Positions 12,131 to 25,800 of a stretch of 58,286 bases of DNA are shown here, in pieces (positions within the stretch are counted from its first letter, which is position 1; each line of letters begins with the position of its first letter). The position numbers and the translations under genes are program-made. The stretch is from Chrysochromulina tobinii (taxonomy: Eukaryota), in NCBI GenBank assembly GCA_001275005.1, contig JWZX01003336.1, forward strand, positions 1 to 58,286, read 5' to 3'. The notes under the pieces are model-generated. The model was not told the DNA's origin, did not search any database, and was given only the letters and a program-made list of their open reading frames with translations.

Positions 12131-15100
12131 CTAACAACTGCCACCAGGCTCCCATCCCAGCACCATAGCGAGCTGCCGGGCACCCATAGCCGCGTCCTCC
12201 CGCGTCGGCAGCCTGCCGTGCACGCGCGCATACTCGTGCCCCCAGGCCGAGAGGGCGGCCTCCAGATTGACTGACGCGCTGCTACTTGGCGAGAGGAGGA
12301 GCGTATCGGGCAGTGGGTCCTCGAGGGAAGGCCATGGCTCGGGGCGTATCTCGGGGCGTATCTCGGGGCGTATCTCGGGGCGTATCTCGGGGCGTATCTC
12401 GGGGCGTATAGGCTCGAAACTCACGACGGGTACACCCCCGACTCCTGCAGCGAGCTGAAGTCGGTGTCGTGCAGGTTGTCGCAAGGGATGGAGATCATGG
12501 CCAGGTACTCGTCGCGCACGATCCTGTAGTTGCACAGGCCTCATCCAATGCGCCATCCGGTACGCCATCGTGCGCTCGAAGATGAATCGCATCTCCACCT
12601 TGCTCAGACGGTACTGCACGCCGGCCATGTAGCGTGCGCGCGCATCAGGGTCGCTCGCCGCTGAGTCCGTACCGAGGGTGGAGCCGCGGGGCTGCTCGTC
12701 GATTGCATCATGGCTGCCTGGGCGGAGCGTGAGAAGAGTCCAGAAGCCCTCGCCGCCCAGCGCCTCGTTCCATAGGTAGACACGCGTGTGGATGCGCTTG
12801 TTCATCACACGGCGCATCTCATAGACGGCACCAAAGTCGGACGCGTCGGACTGAAGGAAGCGGCAGTTGCGACCAATGGCCTGGACCCTCGTGAAGCCGT
12901 TGAGCCGATAGAAACCCTCCGAGATCCAGACGAGGGGTGCATCCTCACCTCGCATGTCGGAGATCGAGATTCCAACCTGAGAGGCATGAAGCGCTGTCGT
13001 GAGCGCCGTGAGGAAGTTCTTGCCGCCAAACCAGCGCCACGACCTGGGCACGCAGTGGATGAAACGGTCGGCCAGCTCTGTCCGTGGCTGCGGGCCGCTG
13101 CGCCTGCTGTTCGCGTCCGCCGCCGGGTCCGACGTCGTGAGAGACGAGGTCTACAGGTGGCTTGCGTCCTTCAAAGTCGACATTGTGGAGTACGAGGTCG
13201 TCGCTCACGTCGGAGAGGAAAACGGAGAAGTAGTGGCGACGCTCGAAGACGAATGGGGCCAGATCGAGGACGTACACGCGGCCTGGCGACTGGTTGGTCG
13301 CCGGCTGCGCGGGGGCCTCCCCCCCATTGCCCTCGGCGCCCTGAGGGGCGCCATGGGGGGCGCCATGAGGGGCGCCCTGGGGGGTGCCGTTGGGGGAGAC
13401 GTGGGGAGCTTCGCTGGGCGCCGTCGCGTTGGCATCCTCGCCCGACATGTGCGCCTCGAAGACGCATCGAAAGGGCTCGCCACGCGCCACTGCCTCTGCG
13501 AGACCCTCGGCCACAGCAGGGCCCGTCGTGGTGGACGAGAGGGCTTGTGAGAGGATCTTGCAGAGGTCGGCGCGGAGAAGCTTATCGGCAGGACGGTGGA
13601 GAATGCGGGCAAACGCGTTCGAGCAGAGGATGATCGAGGTCTGCACGTCTGGTGTCAGCTCGGGACTACTTCTCTCTTGACTTTTGGTCTCGGCACTCAT
13701 GTCGTCGATAGGATCGCTCTGAGTTCTCGGCAGTAGCACGGCCGGTACATGTGGTACGGCCGACACCTCGCGACTACTTCCATTGTGCCCTTCGATCAAG
13801 CAGAAGCCGTCCGTGGAGAATTCGGCGACGAGCCCAACCATTTTGCTCGCAAAGTACTCTTCCATCGTCTCCATCATCTCGAGCTCGATATACGAATAAC
13901 GCGGAGCTGTGACGATCACGGGCCGGACCATGGCGCCGACGGCCACGTCACCGCCCCCAAGCTGCCTACGCACCGTTAGGTAGAGTTGCACGATGATCGG
14001 GCTGTTATTTGACGCGCGGTTATCAAGGGCGCGGCGCACGATGGAGCGCGTGTCGCGCCCACGCGAGCCCGTCGTCTTGAGCTCGAGCTGAGCTCGGATG
14101 GCGGCTTCGTCATAAAAGACGCTGTGGTCGACGATCTTGCCATGCGCCGAGAAGACGTCGACCGAGACGCCGTGCGTGTGCACCCGCGCACCGCTCGGTG
14201 GCATTTCGACCTCGTCGTCGTCCTCATTCTGGGCCCCGATGGTGTAAGGCCCAAGATGGGTTCCCGCCCACTGCCACGAGGTGAACACTGTTGTGCGCTC
14301 ACCCTCCGTTTTGGTCGTCTGCTCGAACATATTGAAATGGAGGTCGGGGAAGGCGATAAGCAGCACGCGACGCCGTTCGAGGTACGCACGCGCCCCAGAT
14401 GAGATCTTCGCAGAGGAGATCTCCGCGCTGCCTCCCGTCGGGAGGCTGCCCGATGGGCTGCGCGCGCGGCGCCCGACGGGCTGGTGCACCGACTTTTTGG
14501 ACACCTCATAAAGATGTGGATCCGCATGGGCGTGGAAGAACTCGATCAGGTCACTGTCCGGTACCTTGAGGTTGTACGCGAGCTCGTACCGCCGACGGAC
14601 GATCTCCTTCCTCCCCTCGGGCATCGTCACGTCGCGCATGTCCATCACCACGAGCCCTGCCGGCCCTCCAGTGTCAACTGCAAAGCTCGACTCAAGGGCA
14701 ACCACTTCAAAGGAAGCCTGAACGCACATGCGCCCGCCAACTGCTGTCCGGAGCCACACGGTTACCTCGCTCGTCACGGCCAGGTACTCGCGGGTATTGC
14801 GACCCTCGCGTCGCTCATCGCGACTCTCCTTGCCAGGCTCCTTGCCCTGCTTTTGCGCCACTTGCGCGAGACAATCGTCAAGCGCCTCGCGTGCCTTTTC
14901 AAACGCGTCGACGAACTTTTCGAGGTCCGCCGCCTCCACGAGTGATGCGCCCTGGTCGTCGAGCATGGAGCGGCCGAGCAGCTGCTGCTTACCTAGCTGA
15001 TTGTATCCGAGCGCGCGCACGAGCGAGTTCGAGATCGCCCAGATCGCACCTCGGCTCGTGAGCTCAAGCCGAAGCGCGCTGCTGCTCGTCCCTAGCGTCT

Positions 15101-17268
15101 CCCTGCTGTCCCTATCCGATCGCGGCCCGATAGACCCGTTCGAGGACCTCTCAGAGCTCTCGAGGTTCAATCCATGGACCTTTTCGGAGCCCAGCCCGAG
15201 CTCGAGCACTTCCTCGTCCGCGCCCACGTACGTCGTAAACTCGGCCTGCAGCCGGTCCACGCGCTGCTCGCGCGTGCTTGCTTTCGGAAGTGGCATCTCC
15301 GAGAACATCTCCCCGAGCGCACAAGGAGATGGCACCTCCTTGCGCAGCAGAGCTTCCCAGTCGAGCGCGTTGAAGAATGGGTGCTCCTTCATGCGCGCCG
15401 GCCCACCTGATGAGGGGTGGTGCGATCAGCGGTCATCAGCGGCCATCAGCGGCCATCAGCGGTCATCAGAGGTCATCAGAGGTCATCACTGGCATGTGCG
15501 GGCCCACCTGATGAGGGGTGCAATCAGATGCCATGAGGGAGGCAATCAGTGGCAGTTACCCAAGTTGGCACTCCCAAGCCGCGCGCTTGGATCGACAGTC
15601 ATGAGCTTGTGCAGCAGGTCCTGGAGCGTGGCGGAGCAACACTCGTCGTCGAAGGTGATCTTGCACTTCTTGATCATGTTGATGAGGGAGCCCATGTCGA
15701 CGGAGCGAAAGGGGCGCTTTCCGTGCACCATCTCGTACAGGACGCACCTGATGAGGCAGGCCATCAGACGCAATCAGCACGCACCCAGTGGCAATCAGCA
15801 TACACTCAGACGCACTCAGCTCGCACCCAGACGCAATCAGCATGCCCACGCAATCAGCCACGCACCCAAAGGTCCACCAGTCGACCTCATAGCTGTACTC
15901 TCGGCCCATGAGGACCTCGGGCGCTATGTACTCGGGTGTGCCGCAGATCGTCGCCGTGCCCCGCTTCTTTTGCTTCTCGCCGTCGGCGTTCACATCGCCG
16001 AGCTGCTTCGAGAGCCCAAAATCGGTCAGCTTCAGGTGGCCGTCCACCCCGATCATCACGTTCTCGGGCTTGAGGTCGCGGAAGATGACGCCGTGCGCAT
16101 GCACATGCTCGAGCGCGAGCGCAATCTCAGCGGCGTAGACAACGACCCAGGCCTCACGCAGTCTCCCTTTGGCCTCAAGCAGGTTATGCAGGTCGCCGCC
16201 GCCCATAAAGTCCATGACCAGGAAGATATTCTCATCCGTCTGGAAGGCGAAGCGCAGAGAGATCACATACGGATGCGGCCTGGCTGCCATCTGCTGCATC
16301 ACCTGCTTCTCGGCGATGGCCTGCGTCACGCGCGTCGCGTCGCTGTAGAGCAGCTCCTTTCGGATCACCTTCATCGCGTACACCTTCTGCGTGTCGATCT
16401 TGGTCGCCATCATGACCTTCCCAAACGTGCCCTCGCCGCACAGGCCGTGCACCTGAAAGTGGTCGAGCCCCACCGTCGTGTCCAGAGGCGTCGTGGGCCT
16501 GGCACGACGCGTAGCCAGGTTCTCGGGCGGGCTCGAATGCGGCGAGAGAGCCTCCAGCTCCTCTCTCGACGTGCGCAGTTCTCTCGACCTTAGCTCCTTC
16601 GAGTGATTCCTGGACGGTGTCCTGGACGGTGTCCTGAACGGCAACTCGCTCGTGGCTTCTGGGGCTGAGTCGCTGTCGTGGCTGGTCGAGGCACCTGCAG
16701 CACCATCCACGTGGCTGCGCGGCTTGATCTTCCTCAAATGCAAATGCCCAGGGTAGGCCGCGAGTTTATTCCACGTCAGGCCGCGCGTCGCAACCTGAGC
16801 TTGCGCCTCGCCCAGCTGCTGGAAGAACTCGGACTTTACCAAGCCACGCTCCTCCTGGTAGTGCGATTCGGTGTACCAGAGAGCATCGGCGCCTGCCATC
16901 TCGCCTGTGTCGAGCGCAACGAGAGCCGACGGGATATAGCTCTCTTCCAGATCCAGGAAGCTAGAGTAGCCTTTTGATCCATGCGCTTCAAAGTCTCGCC
17001 ATCGTACACTCTTACCCTTGGGGCGCTCTTTGGGTTGGGGGGGCGGTTCGTTGAGCGCCATGGGCGGGTGCTCGCTGCCATCCCAGCCCGAGCGTACGCG
17101 CCGACGGCCGTTGAGCTGCATGACGTGTGTGTAATGACGATCACGCGGTGACGTCCACTCGCAAATGATGTCACGGAAGGATCGAAGCGAAGAGAAGGGA
17201 GTCTTCTGTGAATGCGCTGACGCTTTTTCGTGAAGGAGACGTAACGACGTTACTGAAAAAGCACACAT
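12131..17268 (-). CDS. Multi-exon AGC Ser/Thr kinase fused to PAS, SnoaL-like, PAS-like and C-terminal LOV domains (start codon and last junction uncertain)
   Basis: Kinase motifs GEGTFGKV, YAMK, FRDLKPEN, DFG, CGTPEYIAPE, HPFF..LDW. Introns 15748-15865 and 15407-15559 keep the frame. SnoaL-like AFPDLHF...GTHLG...GKIVDH. LOV signature GRNCRFLQ at 12851-12874. A frame change between ~13050 and ~13210 needs an intron or indel. Confidence 0.72.
12339..12408 (-). repeat. 12-nt coding tandem repeat (RPEI)n in the tail of the LOV-containing ORF
   Basis: (tcggggcgtatc) about 5.5 copies. Confidence 0.9.
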
Positions 17269-17404
17269 GCGACGTCACCTGACTCAAGACACACTGTCCT
17301 GATCGACGCGATGATATGCGCTCCCCGCGCTCGGGTTGCCTCAGCTCGAGATCGAGATCGCGAAATCCACTTTTGCATTGGCACATGTGAACCTGAACCC
17401 TGGT

Positions 17405-19018
17405 CTATGCGGCTGCCGCGGTGCCCGGGCGCTCGTAGACAGCATACAGGTTGTAGCGGATGCCAGCGGTCAAGCAAGAGACGCCGTGCACGATGCGGCA
17501 GTCGTGTGCTGTCGCGCTTCCGGCGCGCCGAGTCGGGCACACGATCCTTCCATCGAGAGCAAACAGAAGGTGTGCGCCTTCAAAGTCGTCGTTGAGTGCG
17601 ACGTTGACGACGACGAGGCTCGAGTCCCGGTGGAAGGGGACCACCTCATCGTGCGTACCCTCGAGCGCAGCACGCCGGCGCAGCTTGAATGTGGCGCGAA
17701 CCGCAGCAGGGTCAGCACCGAGGGCCTGTAGCTGTTGCTCGCCCAGTTCGAGCATGTTTCGTATCGCATCGGTGCCCACGAGGGCGCCGAGCTCATCGTC
17801 GGCAATGTCAAGCTTCAGATCACGCGGCGCATCGGGCGAGGCGCTCGATTTGAGCTGGAGCTCAACGTGATCGACCAGCTTGGCGCGCTGCATGCCGTCC
17901 AGCAGCGGCGTGCCCAGCTCGAGGAACGGGGCGATGCCGCCAGTAGCAAGTGGCTTGGCGAAGGGCGGTGGCGGTGGGCCAGCAGCGGCAGCGACCACCT
18001 TGGCGACGTCAGTCGGAGAGGCGTTGGTAGCTGCGTGAGCGTCTACCAGTAGGTGGCGCTCGACGTCAGAGGGCGGCAGCCACTCGCCGATGTCGCCGCG
18101 CATCTTCAAAGTTGCATGAAGCATGCTGTCTGGCTCGATGTTGTAGTCTGCGAGCGTGCGCTCGTCCTCGTGCATGTCAGACCTATCTGGTTTCCCCGAG
18201 CCAAGGAGTCGCCCTCCTCCGATTAGATTAAGTTGATCTGGTGGCACGCCCTCCTTGTACATGTACTTGGCCTTGACGTTGCCGATCGTGTCAGACGGCT
18301 CGACCTCGAGGGTGATCGTCTTGCCGGTGAATGTCTTGACAAAGATCTTTTTGCCGCGCACTCTGAGGACCAGATGAAGCGTCGCCTCCTTCTGTATTTT
18401 GTAGTCCGAGAGGGTGCAGCCGTCCTCGAGCTCCTTGCCCGCGTAGATCAGGCTCTGCTCGTCGGGCGGGATGCCCGCCTCGTCCTGGATCTTGGCCTTG
18501 ACGTTGTCGATCGACATAGAAGGCCTGACATCGAGGGTGATCGTCTTGCCGGTGAGCGTCTTGACAAAGATCTGCATACCACTGCGCAGTCTGAGGACAT
18601 GATGAAGCGTCGACCCCCGCTGGATGTTGTAGTCCGAGAGGGTGCAGCCGTCCTCGAGCTCCTTGCCTGCGAACATCAGGCGGTTCTGGTCGGGCGGGAT
18701 GCCCACCTTGTCCTGGAACTTGACCTTGACGCTGTCAATCGACTCAGACGGCTCGACCTCGAGGGTGAGCGTCCTGCCGGTGAGCGTCTTGACAAAGATT
18801 TTCATGAGTGCGTTGGGCCTGTTTGCTGCGATGGCGCGGGGCTGAAGCTCGCCATCCTGCGCAGTCGCCGATACCGCGTTCATGAGCGCGCCCCTCGGAC
18901 TGGTCAGGCCGAGAAGCACCTCGACTGCCGCCTCGACATTGCCGTTGCAGCTATCGAGGACGGCTTGCAGCGCATCCCGATCCATGTCTGGAAACATGGC
19001 GAGAAGAATTAACGCCAT
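17405..19018 (-). CDS. CUE-domain / three ubiquitin-like units / 2OG-Fe(II) oxygenase fusion protein
   Basis: MFPDMD...VEAAVEVLL (CUE); three [19 protein letters not shown] units; C-terminal HRD...[11 protein letters not shown]...HGV...G.RY (HxD...H triad plus 2OG-binding Arg). Confidence 0.85.
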   Translation of the reverse strand: MALILLAMFPDMDRDALQAVLDSCNGNVEAAVEVLLGLTSPRGALMNAVSATAQDGELQPRAIAANRPNALMKIFVKTLTGRTLTLEVEPSESIDSVKVKFQDKVGIPPDQNRLMFAGKELEDGCTLSDYNIQRGSTLHHVLRLRSGMQIFVKTLTGKTITLDVRPSMSIDNVKAKIQDEAGIPPDEQSLIYAGKELEDGCTLSDYKIQKEATLHLVLRVRGKKIFVKTFTGKTITLEVEPSDTIGNVKAKYMYKEGVPPDQLNLIGGGRLLGSGKPDRSDMHEDERTLADYNIEPDSMLHATLKMRGDIGEWLPPSDVERHLLVDAHAATNASPTDVAKVVAAAAGPPPPPFAKPLATGGIAPFLELGTPLLDGMQRAKLVDHVELQLKSSASPDAPRDLKLDIADDELGALVGTDAIRNMLELGEQQLQALGADPAAVRATFKLRRRAALEGTHDEVVPFHRDSSLVVVNVALNDDFEGAHLLFALDGRIVCPTRRAGSATAHDCRIVHGVSCLTAGIRYNLYAVYERPGTAAAA

Positions 19019-19697
19019 GAGCGAGGGCGAGGGCCAAGAGCGAGCGAGAAGAAGCGAGCGTGAAAAGCGAGCATAACGCGTGTGAACCCTTTTTTTCTCA
19101 CCCGTTCACGTTAATTGGCCTTCACGGCGAGACGCACAGCCACAGGTCCCGTGGAGACCCATCGTGGGGGGCGCAAAGCGCGGCACACACACACATGGAG
19201 AGAGTTTTTTCTCACCCGAGCCAAAAGCAAGCGAGCGGTCCGCTTCCCGAATCTAAAGAGGTTTGTCGTGTTTGGCATGTTTTCGCGCCTGTGAGTGTTG
19301 GAGTTGGTTCTAGCAGGGGTTGATCGGCGCAGATTTTGACCTTGTTGCTCCTTGGGGCGGGAGGGTTTCACATGGGGTTTCAACAGAACACTTACGTACG
19401 TGGGGTTTCAACACTTACGTAATTACCCTTTGGTATTTCTCAACATAGTGTCGATGTGAAATAATGAAAACAGCAAGTTCCCTTTTCGCGTAAGAACAGT
19501 TCCGCTCGCCTGCCCCGGGCGATCGAGGCTCCTGCCTCCAAGCGTATGAGTTATTTCGTATGCAGGTATGCCGCGTACCCACCTGCGCGTAACTCGGGCT
19601 TACTTCATAGTTACTACGTAGTGGTTCCAGTAAGCCGTACGGTATGTCCGGTGTTCTCCGATGCACACCGGGGCCGTCAAGCGTCATCATTCCGTCA

Positions 19698-19834
19698 TCA
19701 TTCCGCATCCTCCTCATCCTCCTCATAGTCCTCATCCTCCTCGCTCTCGAAGTACGAGCCCAAATCGTCCGACTCGGACGCATCGTCCGAGCCCCAGTTG
19801 CACAGCTGCCACGCCTCGTCGTCGTACTCGCGCG

Positions 19835-19865
<31 letters not shown>

Positions 19866-22800
19866 CGCGTACGCGCCGTCGGCGGCGCCGATGGCACCGT
19901 CGGCGAGCTCAGTTTCGTCATCTTCAGAGGAATCCGACGACTCATCGAGCAGCGCCGCCTCGCGCCCGGCGCCATCAGCCGCCTCGCCGCTCGCACCCTC
20001 GACACCGCCCGCGCCGCCCGCGTCGCCCGCACCGCCCGCGCCGGACGTGCCGGACGCGCCCTTCCGCCGTCGCTGCCGGCAGATCTCATCGAGCTTGCGG
20101 AGTAGCTCGAGCGCCGAGCCTCCCTTGCGCCGGAGCAAGCTCATGGGTGAGTCCGTGCCACCTACCCCTACATAGAGCTCTGCGCCCGCCCGGACCAGTA
20201 AGCAGGCCACCTCCTCAAACTCGCGCCCGCACGCGAGGTGGAGCGCGGTCCGTTTCGTCGCCGAGAGAGCGTTCGGACGCGCACCTGTGGGGAGGAGGAG
20301 TCAGGGCGCCGTGGTGAGCGTATGCATGCATTCGAGAGAGCGTTCGGGCGCGCACCTGGCTCAAGGAGCCATCAGAGGCAATGAGGGTGGCAATCAGTGG
20401 CCCTCAGTGGCAATGAGGGTGGCACTCAGGGTGGCACTCAGTGGCAATGAGGGTGGCAATCAGGGGCACTCAGTGACAATCAGTGGCCATGCGAGCACAT
20501 GCGGCCACGCGCCTGCGCCGAGGTCATCAGTGATCATCAGAGGTCATCAGTGATCATCAATGGCCACGCGCCTGCGTCGAGGAGCCGTTGGCACACGGCC
20601 GCATGCCCGCCCGCGGCCGCCGCATGCAACGGCGTGCAGTCCGAGAGCATCCCCACACAAGAGACGAGCGCGCCTGCCTCGAGGAGTTTCGTCAAGAGCG
20701 GCTCCTCCCCGTGGTACGCAGCGCAATGGAGGAGCGTCTCGCCGTACGGCGGCGTCGACTCATCCGCATTGATCGAGCGGAACGTGAGCGGATCGCGCCG
20801 ACGCCAGCGCGCCGCCACCGCGAGGTCATGTGGCTCAAGCTCGGCGACGAGTTTCGTCAACCCCGACGCATCGCGCTCCATTAGGCAGCGCCAGAGCGTC
20901 TCGGCGCGCTGTGCCGAGCACCGCTTGAGCTCGCGCGCCGTCTCGAGCATCTCGCGCGTCGAGGCGAAGGGCGAGGCGCGGTGGCGTGCGCCGAGCGGCG
21001 GCTGTAAGCACTTGGGAGCGCTCGCGATTGCGTCCTCCATCAGAAGCTCGTGCAGCATCGCCGACTCGGCGCGCACCTGCTCGCGCTCAAAGAGGCGATC
21101 AGAGAGGCAATCGGAGAGGCAATCAGAGAGGCGATCAGTGAGGTGATCAATGGCCATCAAGTGGCACGCACCTGAACGCGGTCGAGCATCCGGTTGTGCA
21201 CGCTCACCGAGCGCAGGTAGTAGTCGAATTCGAGGGCGGGTACTGGCTGCGAGTGCGCGTAGAAGACAGCGAGGCGCCCCTTGAGCGCATGCTGCCCGTC
21301 CTTGCACACCTGATGAGGGGACCGCAATCAGACACGATCAGCCGCGAGCAGCCGCAATCAGCCGCAATCAGCCATCTGTTGATGGACGCAATCAGACACC
21401 ATCAGAGAATAGCGGCACACTTTCAGACGGCACCTGCCGTCCGTCCCCCGTACAAATTTGCCTCGTCGGTCTCGCAATCAGTCGCAATCAGTGGCCATCC
21501 ATCACCATCCATCACCATCAGGGGCACCTTTGCCTCCTTGATCTCGGCCACTTCCACACCGTCGATGTAGGTTCGCATCACGCCGGCGATCGCATCGACG
21601 ACGCACGAGATCGCATGCCAGCTCGTGGGCTCGCACCTGATTAGGGAGGCACTCGCACGCAATCAAGACCCCATCGAGATCGCACGAGATCTCATGAGAT
21701 CGTACGAGATCGTACGAGATCGTACGAGATAGCAGATCGTGTGCTCGCACCGTGGCGATGTCGCGTCTCCGAAGATGCCATGAGCTCCGACGCCCCCCTC
21801 GTCGTCCACGAAGAGCTGCGCGTCGTCATCGCCCTCCTGCGTCCAGTGGGCCCCGATCAGAGGTCATCAGAAGCTATCAGAGGACGTCAGAGGTCATCAG
21901 AGGTCATCAGAGGCCATCAGAGGCCATCAGAGGCCATCAGAGGCCATCAGAGGGCGTCAGAGGTCGTCAGAGGTCGTCAGAGGTCATCAGACGCCAACAA
22001 AGGCCATAAAAGGCCATCAGAGGCCATCAGAGACACTCAGAGGTCATCAGAGGCACTCGGAGGCAATCAGTAGCACTCACCTGCATCGCATTCCATTGAT
22101 CCCAGCCTGCCGTGCACAGGAGGCCACGCATCCGAACCGCCGAGAGCTTGCAAAAGAGGGTGGCCGTGTACTGGTTCAGGTGCAGGCCGCCCCCATTCTT
22201 GCGAAAGGGCACACGCAGCACCACGAAGGTGGAGCCGTAGCCCTTGTAACATGGGACCCGGGCCGAGCCCTGACGCACATACAGCCACTTGCCGCGCCCT
22301 TCCATCCACATCGGCGCGCCTTCCTGGGTACCTGATGAGGGAGGCCGTCAGGGGCAATCAGAGGCCATCTGCCACTCCTGGGTGCCTGATGAGGGAGGCA
22401 CTCGAGCCGCAATTCGGGGCATTCATGATGGTCTACATAGCTCCCGTGCCGTGAACGCGCCCTCCCCACAGCGTACCCAGCTCGCCGCGTGTGAAGTCGT
22501 AGAAGCAGCTCGTGCGCGTCGTGCGCGGGTTGAGGCCTTTGTGCAGTTTCGTCAATCGCATCCACCCAAAGTCGGACTCGAGCATGTGCGCCTCGAGGTG
22601 CTTGCGTGCCTGCTTGGCGAGCGTTGCAATCAGTCGCAATCAGTCGCAATCGGTCGCAATCAGTCGCAATCAGTCGCAATTAGTCGCAGTCAGTCGCAAT
22701 CAGGGGCACTCGCCTGCTCGGCGAGCTCCGCCTCCGTCCGCACGAGCGCCGTCTCGAGCGCTCGTTCCGCTTCGAGCTGCGACGAGAGCAGTGATTGCAG

Positions 22801-25800
22801 CTCCACCTCTCCCTTGGGTATCACACGCGTCTGAGTGCGTCTGATGACGTCGGATTGCAGCTCCGCCTCTCCCATGGGCGCCATGTCGAGCGGCGCGGCG
22901 GCGAGTGCGACGACGTCGTCAGGGTTAGTCTCGGGCGAGGCGAGCAGCTCGATGAACTCGGAGTACGTCAGGTGAGGCTCATGCCCAATCGCACGCACGA
23001 AGAAGAGCACGTCGCGTGGCGTGACGCCGGGCACCTGATGAGGAAGGCAATCAGAGGTCATCAGAGGTCATCTAAGCACGTCGCGTGACGTGACAATCAG
23101 AGGTCATCAGAGCCCATCGAGCGGCACTCACCTGTAACCACTCAAGCGCGCCGTACACCTCCGCGAGAGAGAGTAGGCCGTTGCGATCGTAGTCGAACAT
23201 CAAGAACGCGTCGTGCAGCTGCAGGCCGCGTTGCAGGATCGCCTCGCGCACGCGTACCTGTGGGGAGGAGGAGGTCAGGGCGCCGTGGTGAGCGTATGCA
23301 TGCATTCGAGCGCAATGCCTCTCGCTGCGGCCGATCGCCTCGTCCCCAACGCGTACCGCCTGGGCACGCTGTAGCAGCATCGACCATTCATCATCGAGTG
23401 TGAACAGCTTCGCGACGGGCGTCTGCTCCCAACGCTTGGCGAGCCGCCGACGACACGCGACGATCGTGTTGAAGTAGAGCCGGCGCTGCACCGGCGGCGC
23501 CGGCAGTGAGCGCAGCAGCACCTGCATGCAATTGAAGGGGGCCATCAGCATGCAATCGGGGGAGCATCATCATGCAATCGGGGTCCATCCGGGCTAGAGC
23601 ACACATTGAGCTCATCGGGGCGGAAGTGCATGGAAGAGTCAAAGAATCGGAACGACGTGTGGGAGACGGTGCATTGGTATGCGGAGGCTGTGGGGAAGTT
23701 CGGGGTGCAGTCGAAGACGGCGTCGTGCGCAGGGATGCAGCGCAAGGCGATCGCGACGTCGGCCCCCGGGATGAGTGGTTTGCCCTGGCGCATGTGCAGG
23801 ATGCATCGGACCGTCTCGGCCTCGGCGAGGGAGAGGAGCACAAAGTAACGACCTCCATCCTCGAGGCGATACGCTCCGGATGTGAGGACCTGATGAGGGG
23901 CGCAATTGAATGCACTCAGAGACGATCAAAGGCGATGCGCTCCGAACGTGAGGGCCTGATGAAGGTGCACTCCGCGCTCATCGTCGCTCATCAGAGGCAA
24001 TCGGTCGCAATCAGTTCGATCTCCCCGAGCGAGCACTGATCGAAGTTGGTCGACGGACAGCGAGCTACGGCCACCGCTCGCGCTTCGCATGAGCTCGTTC
24101 AGCTCGGCTTCCGTCAGCGATGCATCCTCCGCCGCCCGCAGCGCCTCTCGCAGTGCATGCGCCCCCGTACTGGCCGTTGCCACTCAGGTCCAGGAGCGCG
24201 AGCGCCTTACGCAAGCGCGCCTCCTGCGCGGATGAGAGGGAAGCACTCAGGGACACACTGTGGCAATCAGGTACCATCGGGTGCACTCAGGTGCACTCAG
24301 TGGCGCACTCAAGTACCATCAGGTGCACTCAGGTGCACTCAGGTGCACACTCAGTGGCAATCAGAGGCACTCAGTGGCACTCGCCTGCTCGGAAGAGAGT
24401 GTGCGCGCGAGCGGGGAGGTGCGCCGGAGCTGCGCGACAGACGGCACCCACTCGAGCACCATGACAGCATTCTTCAACCGTCGCTCGCCCATCCATTCGA
24501 GATTGAAGTGGTTACGGCTGATGGCCAGACTTGGCGGGAAGGGGAGCGGCGCGCGCGAGTGCACACGAAACTCACTTGCCGGGTAGAACGTGCCGTCGCC
24601 AAAGAGTGGCAGCGCCCAACACGGCGCCCTCGAGGCTCGGGCGGCGGCCGTGCTGACGGTGGCGGCGTCGGCGGCGTCGGCGGCATCCGTTTTGGGCAGC
24701 TGGCCGAGCGTACAGAAGGCCCATCGCCGGGGCTCCTCGCCGTCGCGTTGGTACGCCATGTCGACGTAGCGCTCCATCTCGATCTCTTGCTCCTGCTCCT
24801 GCTCCTGCTCCTTCTCTTGCTCCTGCTCGCGGCACTGCTCGGTCTCGATGTCCGAGACGCCGCTGCTCGAGTTGAGCCCGGAGGAGATCGGAGGAGATCG
24901 GAGGAGATCGGAGGAGATCAGAGGAGATCAGAGGCAGTTTGGGGCCATCGAAGGCGCTCAGGCACTCAGGGGCACTCAGTGGCACTCGATGGCAATGAGA
25001 GGCAACTAGAGGAAGTGAATGGCACACTCCGGGACGCTCGCCTGTTCGAGTCGGAGACCATGGAAAGGATGCGCGCGCGTCGAGAGATGTCCTCCTCCGA
25101 GCAAATGAACGGGAGAAAGCGAGCGCAGTGCTCCTCGAGCACCTTGGCAAACGAACGATGGCGCGGCACGCTCGCCAGGACACTTGTGTCCACCGGCTCC
25201 ACGAAGGTGCGTAGGGCGCGCCGTAGCCGCTCTGGCAACCCGTCGTCCGTGGCAGGCTGAGACGGCTGGGGTGTTGCAATGGCCGACTGCACTGGCTGCC
25301 CGTCGGGCTGCTGCCCCTTCGGTGGCGATCCTTTGGCCGCCGGCTGCGGCGGATGCCCTTTGGCCGCCGGCTGCGGCGGATGACCCTTTTGCGCCGACTT
25401 GGGTGCCGATCCCTTGCTTGGCAGCTGTCCTGGATCCGGTGCTTGGGGCGGCGGGCTGTGCGGGCGGGGCGGCGGCAGCCGCTTGGCCGGCTGCGCTTCC
25501 GGTGCGGCGTGTGGCGAAGCCGCTTCTGCCGCCCCTTCGTCTGACGCAGCCTGCTTGGCAAGCTGCTGGGGCTGCTGGCGCTGCCATGCCTCCTCGGCGC
25601 ACAGCAGGTCGCGCAGCTCGATCGCCTGATGAAGGAGGTCATCCGAGCTCATCAAGGCCAACCAGCGGCCATCAAGGCCAATCAGGGGCGCTCACCTCGA
25701 AGAAGACACGCGAGTTGCGCTTGGTGAGCCCGTTCGACTCACACATGTCGATCAGCTTCGTCAGCTGTGGAAGCTCGCGCAGCCCGATGGCCTGACGAAG

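Noticed and set aside
18100..18810. Canonical polyubiquitin gene
   Set aside because: Units are diverged, lack terminal GG and are fused to CUE and oxygenase domains.
21855..22070. Telomeric or centromeric satellite
   Set aside because: Arrays are short, degenerate, confined to introns and oriented with the host gene.
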